From the NCBI RefSeq assembly GCF_009914755.1, contig NC_060942.1: a DNA stretch of 64,000 bases; one strand, written 5' to 3'. The position numbers were made by a program, and so were the translations under genes. Position 1 is the stretch's first letter. Each line of letters starts with the position of its first letter. Positions 41,505 to 56,857 of this stretch are shown here, in pieces. Below the pieces are notes generated by a model. The model saw only the letters and a list, made by a program, of their open reading frames with translations, made no database searches and was not told the origin of the DNA. Source of the DNA: the human T2T-CHM13v2.0 reference genome, Homo sapiens.

Positions 41505-42230
41505 TTAATTCCTTGTGTTCCAGCCAAGGACTAACTCTATTTCCTAGAATGTATATGTTTTCTTAGCTTGTCATATTTTTGTTTCTATTATTTCCTCTCC
41601 TAGGAATGCTTAGCTCCTTGCCTGATTACCATCCATTTTGCCTCAGTTCAGATGCTACTTCCAATGAAAAGCTTTCTGCCATCTGACACACCTTCCTTCC
41701 CCTTCCCTTTCCCTGTCCTCACGCTGTGCACGTGAGCACAGGGGGACCTGCTGGGCTGCTTCCTGTCATCCCTTATTGAGTTCAAACACCAACTCCCTAC
41801 TTTTAAGGAGTCAGACAAGTGGATGCACCGCCATCTGGTTTCCTGTTACTAAATTCAGGCCTGATCTTGTCTGATTCCTTTCTTTCTGAAATTCTTCCCT
41901 TGGTATCTGAAACATCACCATCTTTTTGTTTTCCTCTTTCCTGGCCAGTCTTCTGTTACCAAATGGTCTCTAATGCTACTACAGGTTTTTCAAAATATAT
42001 AGTCACATGCTCCTGTAGATTCACATTTTAAAAGTTTCCCAAGTGATTCTAATGATCAGCCAGGTTTGAAACCAGACTCTTGCACAGAATCCTTACATAT
42101 TGAGAGTTCCTTGGTGCTTGGTCCAAGGCCCTCTGCTCTTCTCAGTTGATACTCTCCCCAGCCATTGCACCATTTCTTGCGGATTCAGTTACCACCTAAA
42201 TGCAGACCACTTTCAGATTTGCATCCTTTA

Positions 42231-42538
<308 letters not shown>

Positions 42539-45500
42539 GCATACCTGGACGTAAAATTCCTTTCCCTAGTATAAACTCAGATGCTTACACGCATCTTTCA
42601 CTCCGCATGGCAAAAACAGAATTCATCATCCTCTCTGCTCCTCTAAAACAGATTCCTCCTTCAGTGTTTCCTGTCTCAGCAAATGCCACGATTAGCCACC
42701 AGTTCTTCAGACCAAAACTTGGGAGTCATCCTTGACTCCTCCCCTTCCTCCACTCCACACCATAACCGTATTCCAGCCACCATCTCTCTCTGGACTTGCA
42801 AAGTGGCCTTATGCGTTCTCTTTCTGCCTCCACCTTTGGTCCGTGCAACCCAGTTCCAACATGCGATTCCAGATGATTTCTTTAAAGATACAAATGTGCA
42901 TTTTTCAGATCACACCGCCTGCTTGAAACCATTCAGTGGCTTCCTGTGGTCCCTAGAATGAAGCCCATTGTCCACGAGGTGGTTCCAAAGGTCCTTAGAG
43001 ACCTGCCATCTCTCCAGCTTGCCTCTGTCCCAGGTCCCTGCACTCCTGCTCAGTTTTCACTTTTGTTAGTTCCAACAACCAGCTGTGCCCCTCCTCCCTC
43101 AGGCCTTGACACACTGCTCCTCCTGCCTGGAAGCTGCTTTTCTCCCGACCCCACCCTCCTCTGGTCTCACTAAATTCCACGCACCCTTCCTATCTTGGCT
43201 GACATGCTACATTTTCAGTGTTCCCTCTCCTCTGGTCTGGTTCCACATTCCCATCAGTCTCTCTCAGTTATTTAATCCCTGTTGATTACCTTTTTTTCTT
43301 TTTTTTTTTTTTTTTTTTTGGGAGGATCTTTCTATGTAGCCCAGTACATACATTTCTAGTAGGGAAGGAAAGATATTATATTTGTCTTCTCAGCTGGACT
43401 TAAGCTTCCTATAGGCAGTTGCCAGAGTCATCAGGGATTGAGTGGCAGAGCATCAACAGATGACAGCAACAAGGAGAGTGGGAGAAATGCTGGAGGACAT
43501 TGGCTTGAGAAACCTGCCCCATGATCACCGTGGTAGTGCCAGTTACTACCAGTGTTGGCACATACCAGGATCCCATATACTTGCTGCATATGTAACTCAT
43601 GGGTTTCCTTGTCCATTGGTAAAGATAAATTAATACTGATGACTCAACATTCTGCTAGCTTATGTGTTGAGACAGGGCCTAAGGCTGCCCTAAGTTCCCT
43701 CCTCAGTTATTCCTGAAAACTTGCAGGGTGTGTCTCACCCCTGCCGTAGTGTGCGCCCTCTCTTGCACTTCCTCTTCAGCTTCCTTCCTGGTACTTGCAG
43801 CTCCTGTTTCCCTCACCAATGCCACACTTCCTTTGGCAAAGGCTGCTGGGGCTTTCTCTGGGATATTGATGCCCTGACTGCGGTGTACCAGTTAAGCAGC
43901 CTCAGCCAGAGTCTTGATCCCAGTTAAGACAATGATTAAGAATGAATAATGTGCCTGCTAAGCTACTATGTATGACTTGAGACACAGAGTGCCGAATTTA
44001 CTGTCTCTCAAAGATCTCAGCAAACACAGTAGATATTTGGGATCATGCTGCTATTGCATGGAAGACACACTGCTCTTCTCTTGACACCTTGTGTGAAGTG
44101 TGCTAGTCATGCTCACTGTATGAAAAATGGCTGTTCCAGTTGATATGGGACTCCTTGATGAAGGGAAGAAACCTTGAAGCTGTTGCAGTCAAGATGCTCA
44201 AAATCCCCCAACTCCCAGATACTGAAAGAGGCAGCTTAGTGTGCACTGTCTACTCTGAGCTCTGGGGACGTGCAGTTGAAAACAAACCCATTGCAGTGAG
44301 AAGCTGATGGAATCCTCAGAGACCAGTGGCAGTCCTCTCAGGAGTGTGAGAGCAGCACTCATTCCTGGAACACCATCTCTGAGGAACCTTCCTAAAGTAG
44401 CCTGTGTTTTCTCCATCACAGACCAAAGTATATCGTTTGGTAAGTGCTTGTGGGTCACAGGCTCACTTGAGCAGACACAGTTTCTTCTTTGTCGCTGTTT
44501 TCAGAGTATTGCAGTCCCTCGGTGGCAATCTGCTATGTGCCTCATTGTAAACAATCAGTATTAATAGAGAGAGCAGAAGAGAGCTCGGGCCCAGTGGATG
44601 CTGGGGACAGGCCTTTGCTCACTTCATTGCCTGCTATTTCTTGCCTGACAGCCGCATGGAAATATTTAAAAGCTGGAAAGAGTAATTGAAAATAGGCCTG
44701 ACTGTGACATTTCCAGGGTTCAGGGCAAGAGTACAAATGGAGGCCTACCTACCATGTGCCTTGATATTTAAGTGTACAAAGCAAGCTAATAACATGTAAA
44801 ATAAAATATGTTCTACCCTTCTATCTTGGCAAATGTATCTTTATAACCCAGAAGGCCAGAGTTGAATTTAGAATGCTCAGATTTCTTGGAGTTCTGCTCA
44901 GAATGTGGTAGGGTGGGAAGAGCTGTTCCAGCCCTGAGCCCCCCTTTTCCCCCCTACTCCTCAGGGCATCTGGAGGAAACATGTGTGTACACCTGTGGAA
45001 ACCTCTTGACCACCCCCTCAAGCCTTTGGGGATATACATCAAGTGCAAGGACAAGGTCCACAGGGGCCCTCCCAGGGGGCACAGGGCCGTTTGAGCATGA
45101 GGTTCTGGGGTCCCAAGCACCAGAGCATGTTCTAAAAGGAGGGAGCCATGGACTTGGGTTGACACATTTCCCTGTGTCCCTATTCACTCTGCTCAGTGTG
45201 GAAAGGCAGAGCCAGAAAGAGGGGCTTCTTGCCCAGGCTGTGCGTCACAGGCCTGTGCTCAGAGTGTTAAGTAGGAAGACACCAGATGAGGAGCAGAAGC
45301 CAGGTGCATGGAGCTCCAGCCTCCTTTAAACTGGAGTGGGAGAGGGGAAGGCAGGTCCAGGAGGAGATCCAGTTGAGATGGCAGAAAGTTGATGTGATTT
45401 CCATCTCTAAGCCTGGGTTTTCTCAGTAACAGGAGAGGTAACAGGTAGCAACCCCTGCAAGGTGGAGGGAGAGTGGTAGAGGCTTAGGAAGGGTCGTAGG

Positions 45501-47659
45501 AAGATTTGGAAAAGCCACACTTTAAAGGTACCATTAGAGAGAGAGCTGAGAAGGGACCTGTGAGAAACCTCCTGGCAGTGCCGAGTGGCACATCTGCTTG
45601 GGCAGGTTGGGCACAGCTGAAGTCCAGAAGCACCCTTTATTGTGGTTACTGTGTGTATGTATGGCAACCCTCGAGTTGGGCACTGCACATCTTACACAGT
45701 AGGAAGACATACTTGGTGCATCCAAACTCATGCAATCTACTCTCTGAATTTTGACCTCAACAGATAATACTGCTTTGCAAAGTCTGAAGGAGAGAAAATA
45801 GTTTTAAGGGCCATTTTGCTTACTGGAATTACTTCTTAAATCCATGCCTGTTAAGTAAACACCAATTTAACATTACAAATATGGCCCAGAAAGGCTGACA
45901 CAGGACTTTCCAAATAGTGGGGTGCTTGCCTTCCATTGTGAAAGGCAGGATTCTGCTCCCAGGATGGTATTTTTCTGTCTTTTGTTGCCCACCTCTGTGA
46001 ATCCCCTTCTGGGCACTGGTCGTCCCTTTCTCTCTTACCAGAGGTCCCACCCATTATTTAAAATGAATTATTGTTTTAACACTTACTGTTTGTGCATACC
46101 ATAGAGAAAGAAAACAATTATAATTACTATAATTCTCCCATCTCTGATATTTTTTTCCCTGTTTTCTCTCTCATAACCTCAAATTTGCTAATCCCCAGGC
46201 TGTGACAACACCTGCCTTCTTAAATTGTCAGCCTGCTTTGATTATTTTCCCCAGCATCATGGTTCCTAACCCCCACTGCTGTGTTGCTTGTTTTGGTTGT
46301 TTTTATTCACATGTGACACCTTGTTTCTGTCAGCTGTACATTAAGATAGTATCAGAGAAGATCAATCCACAAGCTTTGGGCACATTCACTAATGGAATAA
46401 AACAGAGACAATATGGAAGCTTAGAGATGTTCATTGTCTAAGTTCACCAAGAAATCCCCAAAGACTGAGAAATTGAGGCCTCCTCCAGGTATCCCATATG
46501 TACCCCTCTCTAGACATTGCTGCTGTTGCTGCTCCAAAGTAGGTGAGCTAACCAGTCCAGCTCCCAGGTGTGACCCAGCCCTGGGAACAGGGGCAGGGCG
46601 AGAAGAGGGTATGGCCAAGGGAGGGAGACCCATTCTGGGCAAAGGACCTGTGACAGGCAGGGCTGTCAGCGGTCTTCTTCCTTGGCATGGCACTGGACAG
46701 AACCCAAAGGATAGTGGGACAGTCCCCATCCCTCACTTTGTCGAAAGACGATGGCCATTGTTTGGAAGAACAAGAGAGGAAATGTGCTCACAGTTTTTTA
46801 GAGAATCTTCATTCTATAGAGAAAGACTCAAACTACTTAGGATGCCCTATGACCTATCTGTTTATCTCGCCTTTCATCTCTCACATTTGGGCTCCCAAAT
46901 GTTGACTGGGTTCTGACCCAGTCCAGCCACCCTGCCCTCCATCCCAGTTCTCTCAGGGATCTTGGGGTCCCAGCCTGGCTCAGCGTCTGCCCTGCCTCTT
47001 TCGATCTCAATCCCTGGACTTGTGTGTAAAGTGGCTTCTAGCCCCTTTCCTTATCCCATGTTCACTTTTGCAATTCCCTGATGCTGTTGTGAAGCACTTT
47101 CCGAAGAGTTCTAGTTCATTCTCCATCTACTTGCACTGAGGATTTGAACTTTTTGTAAGGATTGGGGATTGTCAGTGTGAACTGAACATCAGTTTTTGTG
47201 CTCTGCTATAATGCAAGGAACCTCTCATGAGCAGGTCGATAAGGCATTTCTCCCTATGCTAAATGGCCCTGCACTAGTATGCAGTTTGAGTTTTTGCCTT
47301 CTGATTTCATTTCTGCCATTAAAGGGCTGGCTTCAGACATCTCCCGTAGCACACCCATAAACATAATAGATTTTCTGTTTTTAATATGTTGTGGACTGAA
47401 GTGATCAACCACCACAGGTGTTAGAAATATGTCTAAAATAATCACAGAAACCCACGAGTGAGGCCTTGGTGGGGACAGGGTGGGTGTCCCAAGACCAGAG
47501 GCATGTGCTTCAGTGTGTGGACTTTTGAGAATTTAGTTTAGCTGATCTGATTAATGGCCTTTTTGGGTAATTTTTAACCTCTTTTTGGCTTCAGTTTCCT
47601 TATCTCTAAAATGAGCTAACCAATTTTGTTTATCTGAGTTGTCAGACATTTTTAAGTAA

Positions 47660-48232
47660 ACATTTTTTTAAGGCATAACACATAAAAAATGTGCACAAAT
47701 CATTTGTGGACAGCCACGTGAATTTTTACAAAGTAAACATACTTGGTAATCCAGCTTACGAAACAGAATGTTATCAGCACCTAAAAGCCCCTGCTTCATG
47801 CCCATTGCCAATCCCCAAGGTTACCACTTTCCTGGCTTCAACCACCAGAGATTAGTTCTGAGCTTTATAGAAATGTAATCAGTCGTGTACTGTATGTATT
47901 CTTGTGTGTCTGCCTTGGAGGAGATTCCTTTTGCAGCATGTAGCAGTACTTCATTGTCGTGGCTGTATGGTTTTCCACTGTGAGAACAAGCCACAGTGTA
48001 ACTATTCATCTGCTGGACATTTAGGTTGTTTCCAGGGTCTTCTGGCTCTTTTGAATGAAGCTGCTTTGAACATTGTGCATACATATCTTTCAGCCTACAT
48101 AGGTAAACTTCTGTTGGATTATATCAAGAATGAAATTGTTGGGTCACAGAGTATACTTTAATAGATACTTCCATTTGACAAGTGGTTGTACCAATTTACC
48201 TTCCCACCAGCAGCAAACGAGAGTTCCACTCA
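47660..48232 (-). mobile_element. Old L1M 3' fragment
   Basis: GGACATTTAGGTTGTTTCCAG...GGTTGTACCAATTTAC.TTCCCACCAGCAG. Confidence 0.7.
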
Positions 48233-50674
48233 TCTACACCAAGGATTTTTTCATTGCACTTGATACTACATAACTATATTTGCCAAACAAATGCCCCGAG
48301 CAAGCGGAGAGGCAGTGGGATATAGCAGAAATCACACTCAGGTAAAACCTCAAGTGAAGGATGCAATAGTTCTGGACGAGGAAGTTATTACTTGTAAAGC
48401 AGTGATGATCTATAAGACTACTTTCATCTATGAAAGTCTTGGCTTTTTTTGTGATTTTCATGAGAAGTGCTACCTTTGTCACATACTTTCTGGTGTCTCC
48501 CTGTGACAGGCCCAGGACAGCTCTGGGTGGACACTAAACAACAGACATATACACATTTGCCATAGATGTACTGCTTCAAGTGCAGAGATTTAATTGGTGC
48601 AGGGACACTGACGACCTAAAGGGCTTTGGAAACAAGTGTGGGAAAGAACAAGAGAAATTTGCAAGAAGAGTTCTTGGTCCCAGAGTGGAGTCATTTTGTT
48701 CTGGAGAGTAAGGCTGAGCTGGCAGGATGGTCAGAGTGTGAAAGAGCTAGTGGCAGAGGCAGTGCTACAACCACCGTGGATGACACGCACCTACTCTTTC
48801 ATGCCTGGCCAAGGCAGGTGGGATGCTGCTGCCTGTGCCTGCCTCCTCTCACAAAGCTCTCCTGCATGAAATTTGAGGTGGGCCACTGGGTGGGTGGGTG
48901 GAGCCTGTAGCCTGTGCTCAGGCCCTCACAGCAAGAGAGACTTGAAAAATTTCTATCTTACATTTTTGGCTTTTTAGAACGATGAAGTCTTCAAACCTAA
49001 AAATGGGTGCAAATATTGGACCGCTAGGGCTATGGCTACTGATGATACTAAGAGCTAAAGTGATTGCCAGTTGTTTACCCTTCCTGGAGTTTTAAAAAAA
49101 TCACAACTAAAGAGCATCAGAACATTATTTTGTTCCTTATTGTTTTCTATAGTTAAAGCTCCCAGGATCCACACCTTCAACCCACCCCGCCCCCAAAGTA
49201 CACAATTGTCACATGTCCAGAAGTGACACAACTTCTCAAAACCATGCAAAATATGCGGGAGGACTTGTCAAACCAAGAGGTGGCCAGAGCAAGCCACTAT
49301 AGTTTCCCATTATCTGAAGTAGCCATCTGCAAGGCAAGGGCTTGTTCCTAGTCCCAGAACGTAATGGTTCATGATTCCTCAATTAAAGATTTGAATGCTT
49401 TCACTCTATCCTTCAAGCAAAGATCTCACCAGGTACTTATTCTGAGAGCAAAGGAAATCTCCTTCCTCCCACCCGTCCAGATGCCCAGCCACACACTAAC
49501 AAATGCACACACATCACAAACACCGGTGTTGTCCTCCTTAGCCCTTGGCCCTCCTGGCCATTCCCTGTGGGGCTGGCCCGATGAGCTGGCTTTTGTGTCA
49601 CTGGGTGCTCTTCCTGAGGCCAGCTATGGGCAGATTATGAAACTGCCGCATCTGCCCTTTCTCTCCCCAGCCTCACCTCATGCCTATACGGTCCTTCCTC
49701 CTGTACCTCCTTCTGTCATGAGGGCTTTTCTTCCACTTCCCCTACCCCCTGCTATAGGGCAAGCAATGAATTAACTCAGTATGGGAGGAGGGGACTCCTT
49801 ACAGAAGAATAAGACCAAAAATATCTTATATATAGGAGCCCCAGCACCTCTCCAAACTCCTGGAGAGCCACCGTAGGCACGGCTTTGACCCTGAGGCCTC
49901 TTAAAAGGCAGATGCTTCCCCCAGAAAGGTTGAGTGTTTAATCACCAATCCCTGGTGTCTCACTTTGAGTTATTTTGTCAGATCACTTTCCTCTGAGCCA
50001 GGAGAAGTCTTTAGGATGGAAAGAGCTTGTAAAAGTCAACAGAGAGAGAACAGAATAATAAGGAGGGTACCCCTGCTAAGAGAGCTGATCCAGGATTCTC
50101 TTGTCCCGTGCCCCTTCCTCTTGCTAACCAGCATGCCTCTGCCCCACCCGAGAGAAGGAGAGATGCAACCCAAGCTGGCTGCCTGCACAGCGTGCTCCAG
50201 GGTCCTGCTACAGCTTAGCAGGTATCAGTCCCCATCTTCAGCCTGACCCCCAGCCCCTCTTCGAGCACCTAGTCTAGACCTTGGTCTTCAAATCCCAAAT
50301 CCTCAAACCTCCCTGTTACATTCCTAATGGATCCCATTGCTTCCCTGGTCACTCAATATGAATGTAGCAAATCCAAACGCTGGAATAGCGCTTTCCAGTT
50401 TGAAAGCACTTTGACACAATCTTACTCCATTTAAGCGTCACAACAAATCTGCCAGTGGGCTACTATTATGCTCACTCCATCACTTAGGAAACAGATTCCA
50501 AGAGATTAAAGGATGTTTTAAGGTCACACAGCTACATAGTGGTCCTGCTGGTTTGCATCAGCAATGTATCTGATGTCCCGTTGTGTGCTGGAGAACATCA
50601 GAGGCATTCCTGGCAGACCTCTCCCCTCTTCTCAGTGCCAGGCCTGAGCCAATCAAAGCCCTGCTGCTTCTTTC

Positions 50675-51230
50675 TTGCTCACTGCACTGGCCAGACTGTT
50701 CAGTACAATGCTGAATAGAAGCCATGAGCACAGACATCCCTATCTCCCTCCCAGTCTTAGAGGGAAAGCATTCATCTTTGACCCTTAAGTATGATGTTAG
50801 CTGCAGGTGTTCTGTAGATGTTCTTTATCAAGTGAGGAAGTTCCCTTTTATTTCTGAAAGTCTTAAATATGGAATGGAGGTTGGATTTCTTCAAATGCTT
50901 ATTCTGCATCTAGTAAGGATATCATATACTTTTTCCTTTCATTCTGTTAATATGGCAAATTCGATTGGTTTTTGAATGTTAAACCAACCCTGAATTCCTG
51001 GGTTAAATCTCACTTTATTATAATGTATTACCCTTGTAGTAACATTGGATTTAATTTGCTACAAATTTGTCATGAGTTTTTGCTTTTGGTATTAGGGTAA
51101 TGCTGTCCTCATAGGCTGAGTTGAAAAGTATTCCCTCCTCTTTGATTTTCTGGAAGACTTATAATATTATGTATTATTTCTTCCATAAGTGTTTGGTCGA
51201 ATTTTCCAGTGCAGATATCTATGGCTGTTT
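50675..51230 (-). mobile_element. Old L1M ORF2 fragment
   Basis: CAGTACAATGCTGAATAGAAG...TAAGTATGATGTTAGCTG...GAGGAAGTTCCC, antisense L1 ORF2 pattern. Confidence 0.75.
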
Positions 51231-52559
51231 TGAGGCTCTCTGGTTGTTATTTAAAAATAACCATAATAATCCAGGAAATGTCAACAACTGACAATTCCAA
51301 TTGCTGTTGTCAGCATCAACATCCTTACCAACAGTATTTAGTGTCATTATTTTTAATCATCCCTGCTAGCTCACAAGAAGAATGAAGCTGGCATCTGAAT
51401 AATGTTCTAGTGGTGGGCTGAGTTCATAAAGAGCCTCTGTCACATTTAACCCGAATCTTTCAGAAACCAGCAGATTCTGAGAATGAGTACTACTCCAGAT
51501 GCCTTAGTGATGTTTTCAGCTCCCTCACTCGGGACCCTTGGCCAGGCAGGAGTCCTCAGCACAGCTGGTTCTCACCCCTTCCTCTGCCACTCATGGTCTC
51601 CACCCCTCAAACAACATATTCTCTCTTTTGCACTCTTCAGTTTTGCTCCATCCTTCCAGGCCCAGCTGGCATCCATCTAACTTCCCTGAGACTCTGTCAA
51701 CACCTCACAGACCTTTCTCCAAATTCCTGTCACCCTGACAGCCAGAACTACGCCACTGAGCCTCTTGTTAAGCACTACCTTATGCTATTTTCTCATTGGT
51801 TCTTGAATGTTTTTCTAATTAGATTATAAACTGCTTTTCTCATATTGCCTCAGAGCACCTGATATGTGGTTGACTGCTTTAAGAGCAGCATTATAGCACA
51901 TTGCATAGGAATTCCCGATGCAATTTCCTGATGCCTGCTTATTCTGCAGCAGCTCCACTGGAAAGCAAATACCAGGGAGGATGTCTTTTTATTTACGACT
52001 TTCTCTTCTAAGTGATTGCCCATGTTATATGTCAGGTCTGTGTATCTCTTAAACATTACTTGGCTTTCTTAATGGCAAAATGACTGACCTGATTTTTCAA
52101 TGAAAAATCTAAAAGCATATATGACAAAAGTCAGTGTCTCCTAATATCCAAAGCATTTTTACTTACATTTCATTATACTCTGCCATGAGGCAGAGAAAGC
52201 AAATATCATGTTCACATTTTATGAGGCTCATCTTTCCAGCCTTGTCACTGCCCATGCTTCCTCTGGGCCCAGGTTTGGACTCACTGCTGTCTTGACTGAG
52301 CCCTGACTACCTTCCATGCTCCAGGCCTCATGCTGTTCCCTTGGCCTGGAAATTCCGCAGGGTCCAATTCAGATATACCTCCAAGTGAATGTTATCTGCC
52401 CCCAGGCAGAATTACTCCTACTTGAATATAAATTGCAAAAAAAAAAAAAAACCCACACTTTGATTTGCTTTATCACATACTATTAAAAACATCTTTAGAA
52501 CTCATTAATAAAATATGCCTTGATTTCAAGAATAAATATAGAGTTTGAAAGTCATTTTT

Positions 52560-52660
52560 TTTCTTTCTAAAATTTTACTGTAGACATGGGGTGTTGCTAT
52601 GTTGCCCAGACTAGTCTCAAACTCCTGGCCTCAAGCAATCCTCCCACCTCAACCTCCCAA
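52560..52660 (-). mobile_element. Truncated Alu left monomer (FLAM-like)
   Basis: TGTTGCCCAGACTAGTCTCAAACTCCTGGCCTCAAGCAATCC; flanked by AAAGT(C/T)ATTTTT. Confidence 0.75.
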
Positions 52661-55494
52661 AGAAAAGTTATTTTTATTGTTGGTGACTTGGTCAGTATTG
52701 CAAAAGGCAGTGAGCATCTATTCTGATGGCCTAAACCCAAGCTATCAGCAGCTATTAAAATATACGTTTATCATCAAAATCCATGAAGTCTCTTCATCTC
52801 ATCTCTCTGTTTTCCAGTTCCTTATGTTTCTGATTCTTATTATTTCATGTACATATCCTTGAACGTCTATTTGTGTGTGCTTGTGGGCCTGCCTTGGCTG
52901 AGGTCTCTGAGGTATTTGGTTTCTCTTCTCTTTCTCTCCTTTTCCTATTGCCTTCTTGATCTTTTTTTAGTGTTGTTGTGACCTGGACTGGCTCAGCATT
53001 GGGTCACACCAGGTCTTGGCAATCAGGAGTCAAAAAGGACGGTGAGTATTTTGGGCACAGAGAATGGGCAAGATGGAAACTCTCTCAGCCACAGAGCCCA
53101 GCCCTAATGAGGGTGTTGGGGAAGACATCACAGTTTCACTTCTTGCCCCAGAGAAAGCCAGCTCAACCATGTGCCTGCATGGTTATCCCCTTCTTACTGA
53201 GTCCCTGGAGGCCAACTCTTAGCCTAAGTCTGATTAGGCTAGTTGTGCTTAGATCTGCCTAGCATGAAACACAGGTTATTTTTTTGGTTTTCCTTTAGGA
53301 GTTATCCCTTATATTTTTCCTATCCTAGAGAGCTCATTCAATTCTCTATCCCAGATGTGCATATCTGAAATTGGTAAACACTCCTTCCCCCATCAAATGA
53401 CGTTCTCCCCTGTTTTCTGCCCAAGAACTGTCCAGATGAAGAGACCAAGGGCTCTGTTGCCCTCTGGTGCCCAGGTAGGTTCAGCCAATGGGGAAACTCA
53501 GCAGGAAATAGGTGAGGGAGAGTAGGTTCAAGATATTTGGTCCCCTAGCTCCCTTGTGATCTCCTGACACCCAGCCCAAACCTTGCTAAACTGTTACTTC
53601 ATTGAACTCTCCACAGATTTTCATAATTTGAGTGTGCCATTGATTTCCTGCTGATGGACTTTGAGGTGTTTAAATCATCCAGAAGCAATGCAGGTTGAAA
53701 TGTTATACCACCTTAGGGTATAGACACTTGAAGTAATCTCACAACAAAGGAGAACAACCAACTCAAATGGGAGCCTTGGGGAGAAATCCTGTGATTTCAC
53801 TCAAGGCAGCTGTATCTTATTAATAAATGTATCACTTATTTAATGTAAAACTCCCATAACGACCAAGCTCAATGTCCTATAACTACAACTCCCATATTGG
53901 AATTGCTTAAAGTCTTAAGATTGTAAGATTATTAGGAAAGGAGTAAATAATGTCAAAATTATTCTAAAACACACCTGAAATTTAGGATCATGAGCATTCT
54001 TAAATTCATTTCCTCCTCCTTCACAAAGAGTAGGGGAAGTCATGTTTTTGTGCCACTGGCATAAGCAACTCTACTATTATGATGGCTCAGCAGGCTGATT
54101 AAGTTTAGGTGAGGCCAAGGTTCAGCTGGAGAAACAAGTCTGCAAAATTGCCCAGGCATTCTATGTCCCGAGTATGTCCTATGTGCCAAGCCGTTTGCCC
54201 AAGATGTCACATGCACTGCCACATTCATCCTCAGGTCAGTTTTGTAGAGGGGCCCATAGTCCCCATGTTATGGAGGGGTCTTTTCTTCTCACTAGCTCCC
54301 ACACCCCAGCTGTGCTATGGGCTCCCCAGTTCCATAACAGGCTACAAAGGCAAATAGACAGGCCTTTACTTCGAAGGAGATGCACAGGGGACACCACAAA
54401 TAACTCACATAGGCCTTCCCACCATCACCTTGCCTGACCTGGGTCACCAAGTGTGAACCCAGGACTGCCCCATGACACTGGGGTGCTCATATCATGAGGT
54501 ACCCCCCAGAGACCAGAATGTCCCATCTGGACAGTCTCACAGAGGGAAACTGGTCTCTGTCAAAATATGTATTCCTTTTACTCACCTCTCACAGGGTGAC
54601 ATCTGAGCAAATAGGAAGTTGGTTCTTATTGTCTGTCATTCACAAAGGCTTTGGGGTGGCTCTGGGACTCCTATGTCATAGATAATCATGGTAGTCTTAT
54701 GGCAGCCTCTTGACAAGCTAAGCTTCCTGCCCCTCCCAGACCAGACATCCCACGCACCTTCCAGGATGTGGAAATGTTAACCTCTCCTCGAAGCAGGAAT
54801 GCACCCTGCATAAACTTGAGCCAAGTTCAACCTGTCTGTTGGCTGCACGAGCCACTCCTGACTACTCAGTTATTTCCTCATAACTTGACCCTGTATTTTA
54901 TAGCCCTGAATTTTAGGTGCTCCCCTTCACTCTACCCAGCGTTATGGCAGTTGTTCTTGTGTTCCCTTTATTGACTAGGAGCCAGACAGTTTCAGACAGT
55001 ATCCCAAGGAAGGAGGAGCAAAGTTTGAGGTCCCAGCAGCCCCAGGGTTCCTTTGCCCCACTGGGTGAAAGCCTTTTGAGGCCTGCAATGCTTTCGGAAC
55101 CCTCCCTTCTTGCCCTGGGTTCATGGCCCCACGCATGGGAGTGACTTCGTCATGCTTCTGGAATGGGCAGCCTGTCTCAGCCAGGGTTTCCAGCCCAGGT
55201 TCCCTGCTGTGCCTTACAGAATGCAGACAGCTCAGGCTCAGCCAGGCCCAGGCCCTCCAGGAGAGCCAAGAGCTGATCTCAGCTATCAGGGACACTTACT
55301 GCATAGTGAGAAGGAATCCATTTTCACAGCCCCCCTGGGAAATGTTGCTCCTGTCAGTGTGGCTCCAGTCTTGACCATTGGCCACAATGCCCACAGCCCC
55401 ACCTCTGACTGCAATTTTGTGCTGTGGGACTAAGAAGCATTTAGCTCTCGGCTCCCCCTGCTTGTCCCAAGACTTGGCATCATATCTTACACAG

Positions 55495-55693
55495 GTGTAC
55501 ACACACACAGAATACACATACACACATACGCACAAAATACATGCACACCTCTATATACGTAGCACACATGCATGTATACACATGTACACAGTCACACATA
55601 AAAAAATCACACTCACTCTCCTACATCTACACATACATAACACAAATATATACATATACGTTTTTACACACATACATATTCATATACACACAC
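55495..55693. repeat. Degenerate (CA/TA)n low-complexity tract
   Basis: Direct reading. Confidence 0.85.
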
Positions 55694-56817
55694 AGCCACC
55701 TTTTCAAGTGGCTCTCTCTGTTGTCCAGGCAGAGACGCACCAGTTCTGATTCAAACCTCCCCATCCTCCATCTCCCTTTGATGGGGAGTTGGGGGTGCAG
55801 AGGACAGTGGCCACTGGACCAGTGTATCCACACCACATTGAGGTGCTATTAAATAAATAAGTTCCAGTTTAAGAAGCAGAAGGCCATGATTTAGGGTGTG
55901 TCTGCTTGTGGTGGCAGCAAGTGTGTTTCTGAAGATCATACCTTCTCTTTCCTCCAGCTATAGACTTGTCCAGGGCAGAGACACTGTCTGACTTTTTATT
56001 TTTGTATTTTGTTGGTTTGTCTGTTTTTGTCCTAAGTTCCCATCACACACAGGCGGTGGCCACCTGGTTTTAGTGAATGGCTGAAAGAATGAATGGACAA
56101 ACACATCCAGTTATTTAAAGGCAGTGACTGTGCATAATGATGAAGACGACAGCAAAAATAGATGTTTGAAAGGACAGTTGAGAGATAATGTGAGAAATAA
56201 GATAACTTGACAAATTGTTAATTTTACCTTCTAAATTTTTTTTTTGTCTCACTAACTGAAGAAAAGTTTACTGCAAAGAAAAGTTGCTTGATTCTTTCAA
56301 ATGAATAGCTAGCTCCTAGCCCCAGATCTTCTGAGTTGCTGAATGACATGAGCTGTCCTTGCTGGAATGTTCTTCCCCTCCCCAGGTTACACAGTGCCAG
56401 GGTATGTGTATGTACTGAGGGAGAACCAGCTCTTGTCCTTGCTCTCAAATGGCCTCTTCAGGTCCCAGGTTCCTTGGCAGCCTCTGTGCCCCAGGTACCC
56501 CTAGGAGTGGGAATCTGGGCCAAGGCAGCCTGTGGTCTAAGTTCCCATGCAGGGTCACAGGATCCAGGCTGTGAATGGACATCAGTGGAGCCCATGGAGG
56601 CCCAGGATCTAAGAAGCACTGCTCAATGACAAACTGGGGTGACATTCGAATTGTTTATAACAACGTGCTAAACAAGACATTGGTCTCGACAACCAAATTC
56701 GGCTTATGGTCTTCGGTTGGCAGCCTCTCCTCTCTGGGGTCCATCCAGCTCTCTGGAGGCTGCCAAGCAGCTCAGCGCAGATCTCGCAGGTGTCAGGACT
56801 CCACAGAGCACTGTGGG

Positions 56818-56857
56818 GTGTGTGTCTGTGTGTGTCTGTGTGTGTGTGTGTGTGTGT
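56818..56857. repeat. (TG)n microsatellite, interrupted
   Basis: Direct reading. Confidence 0.9.
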
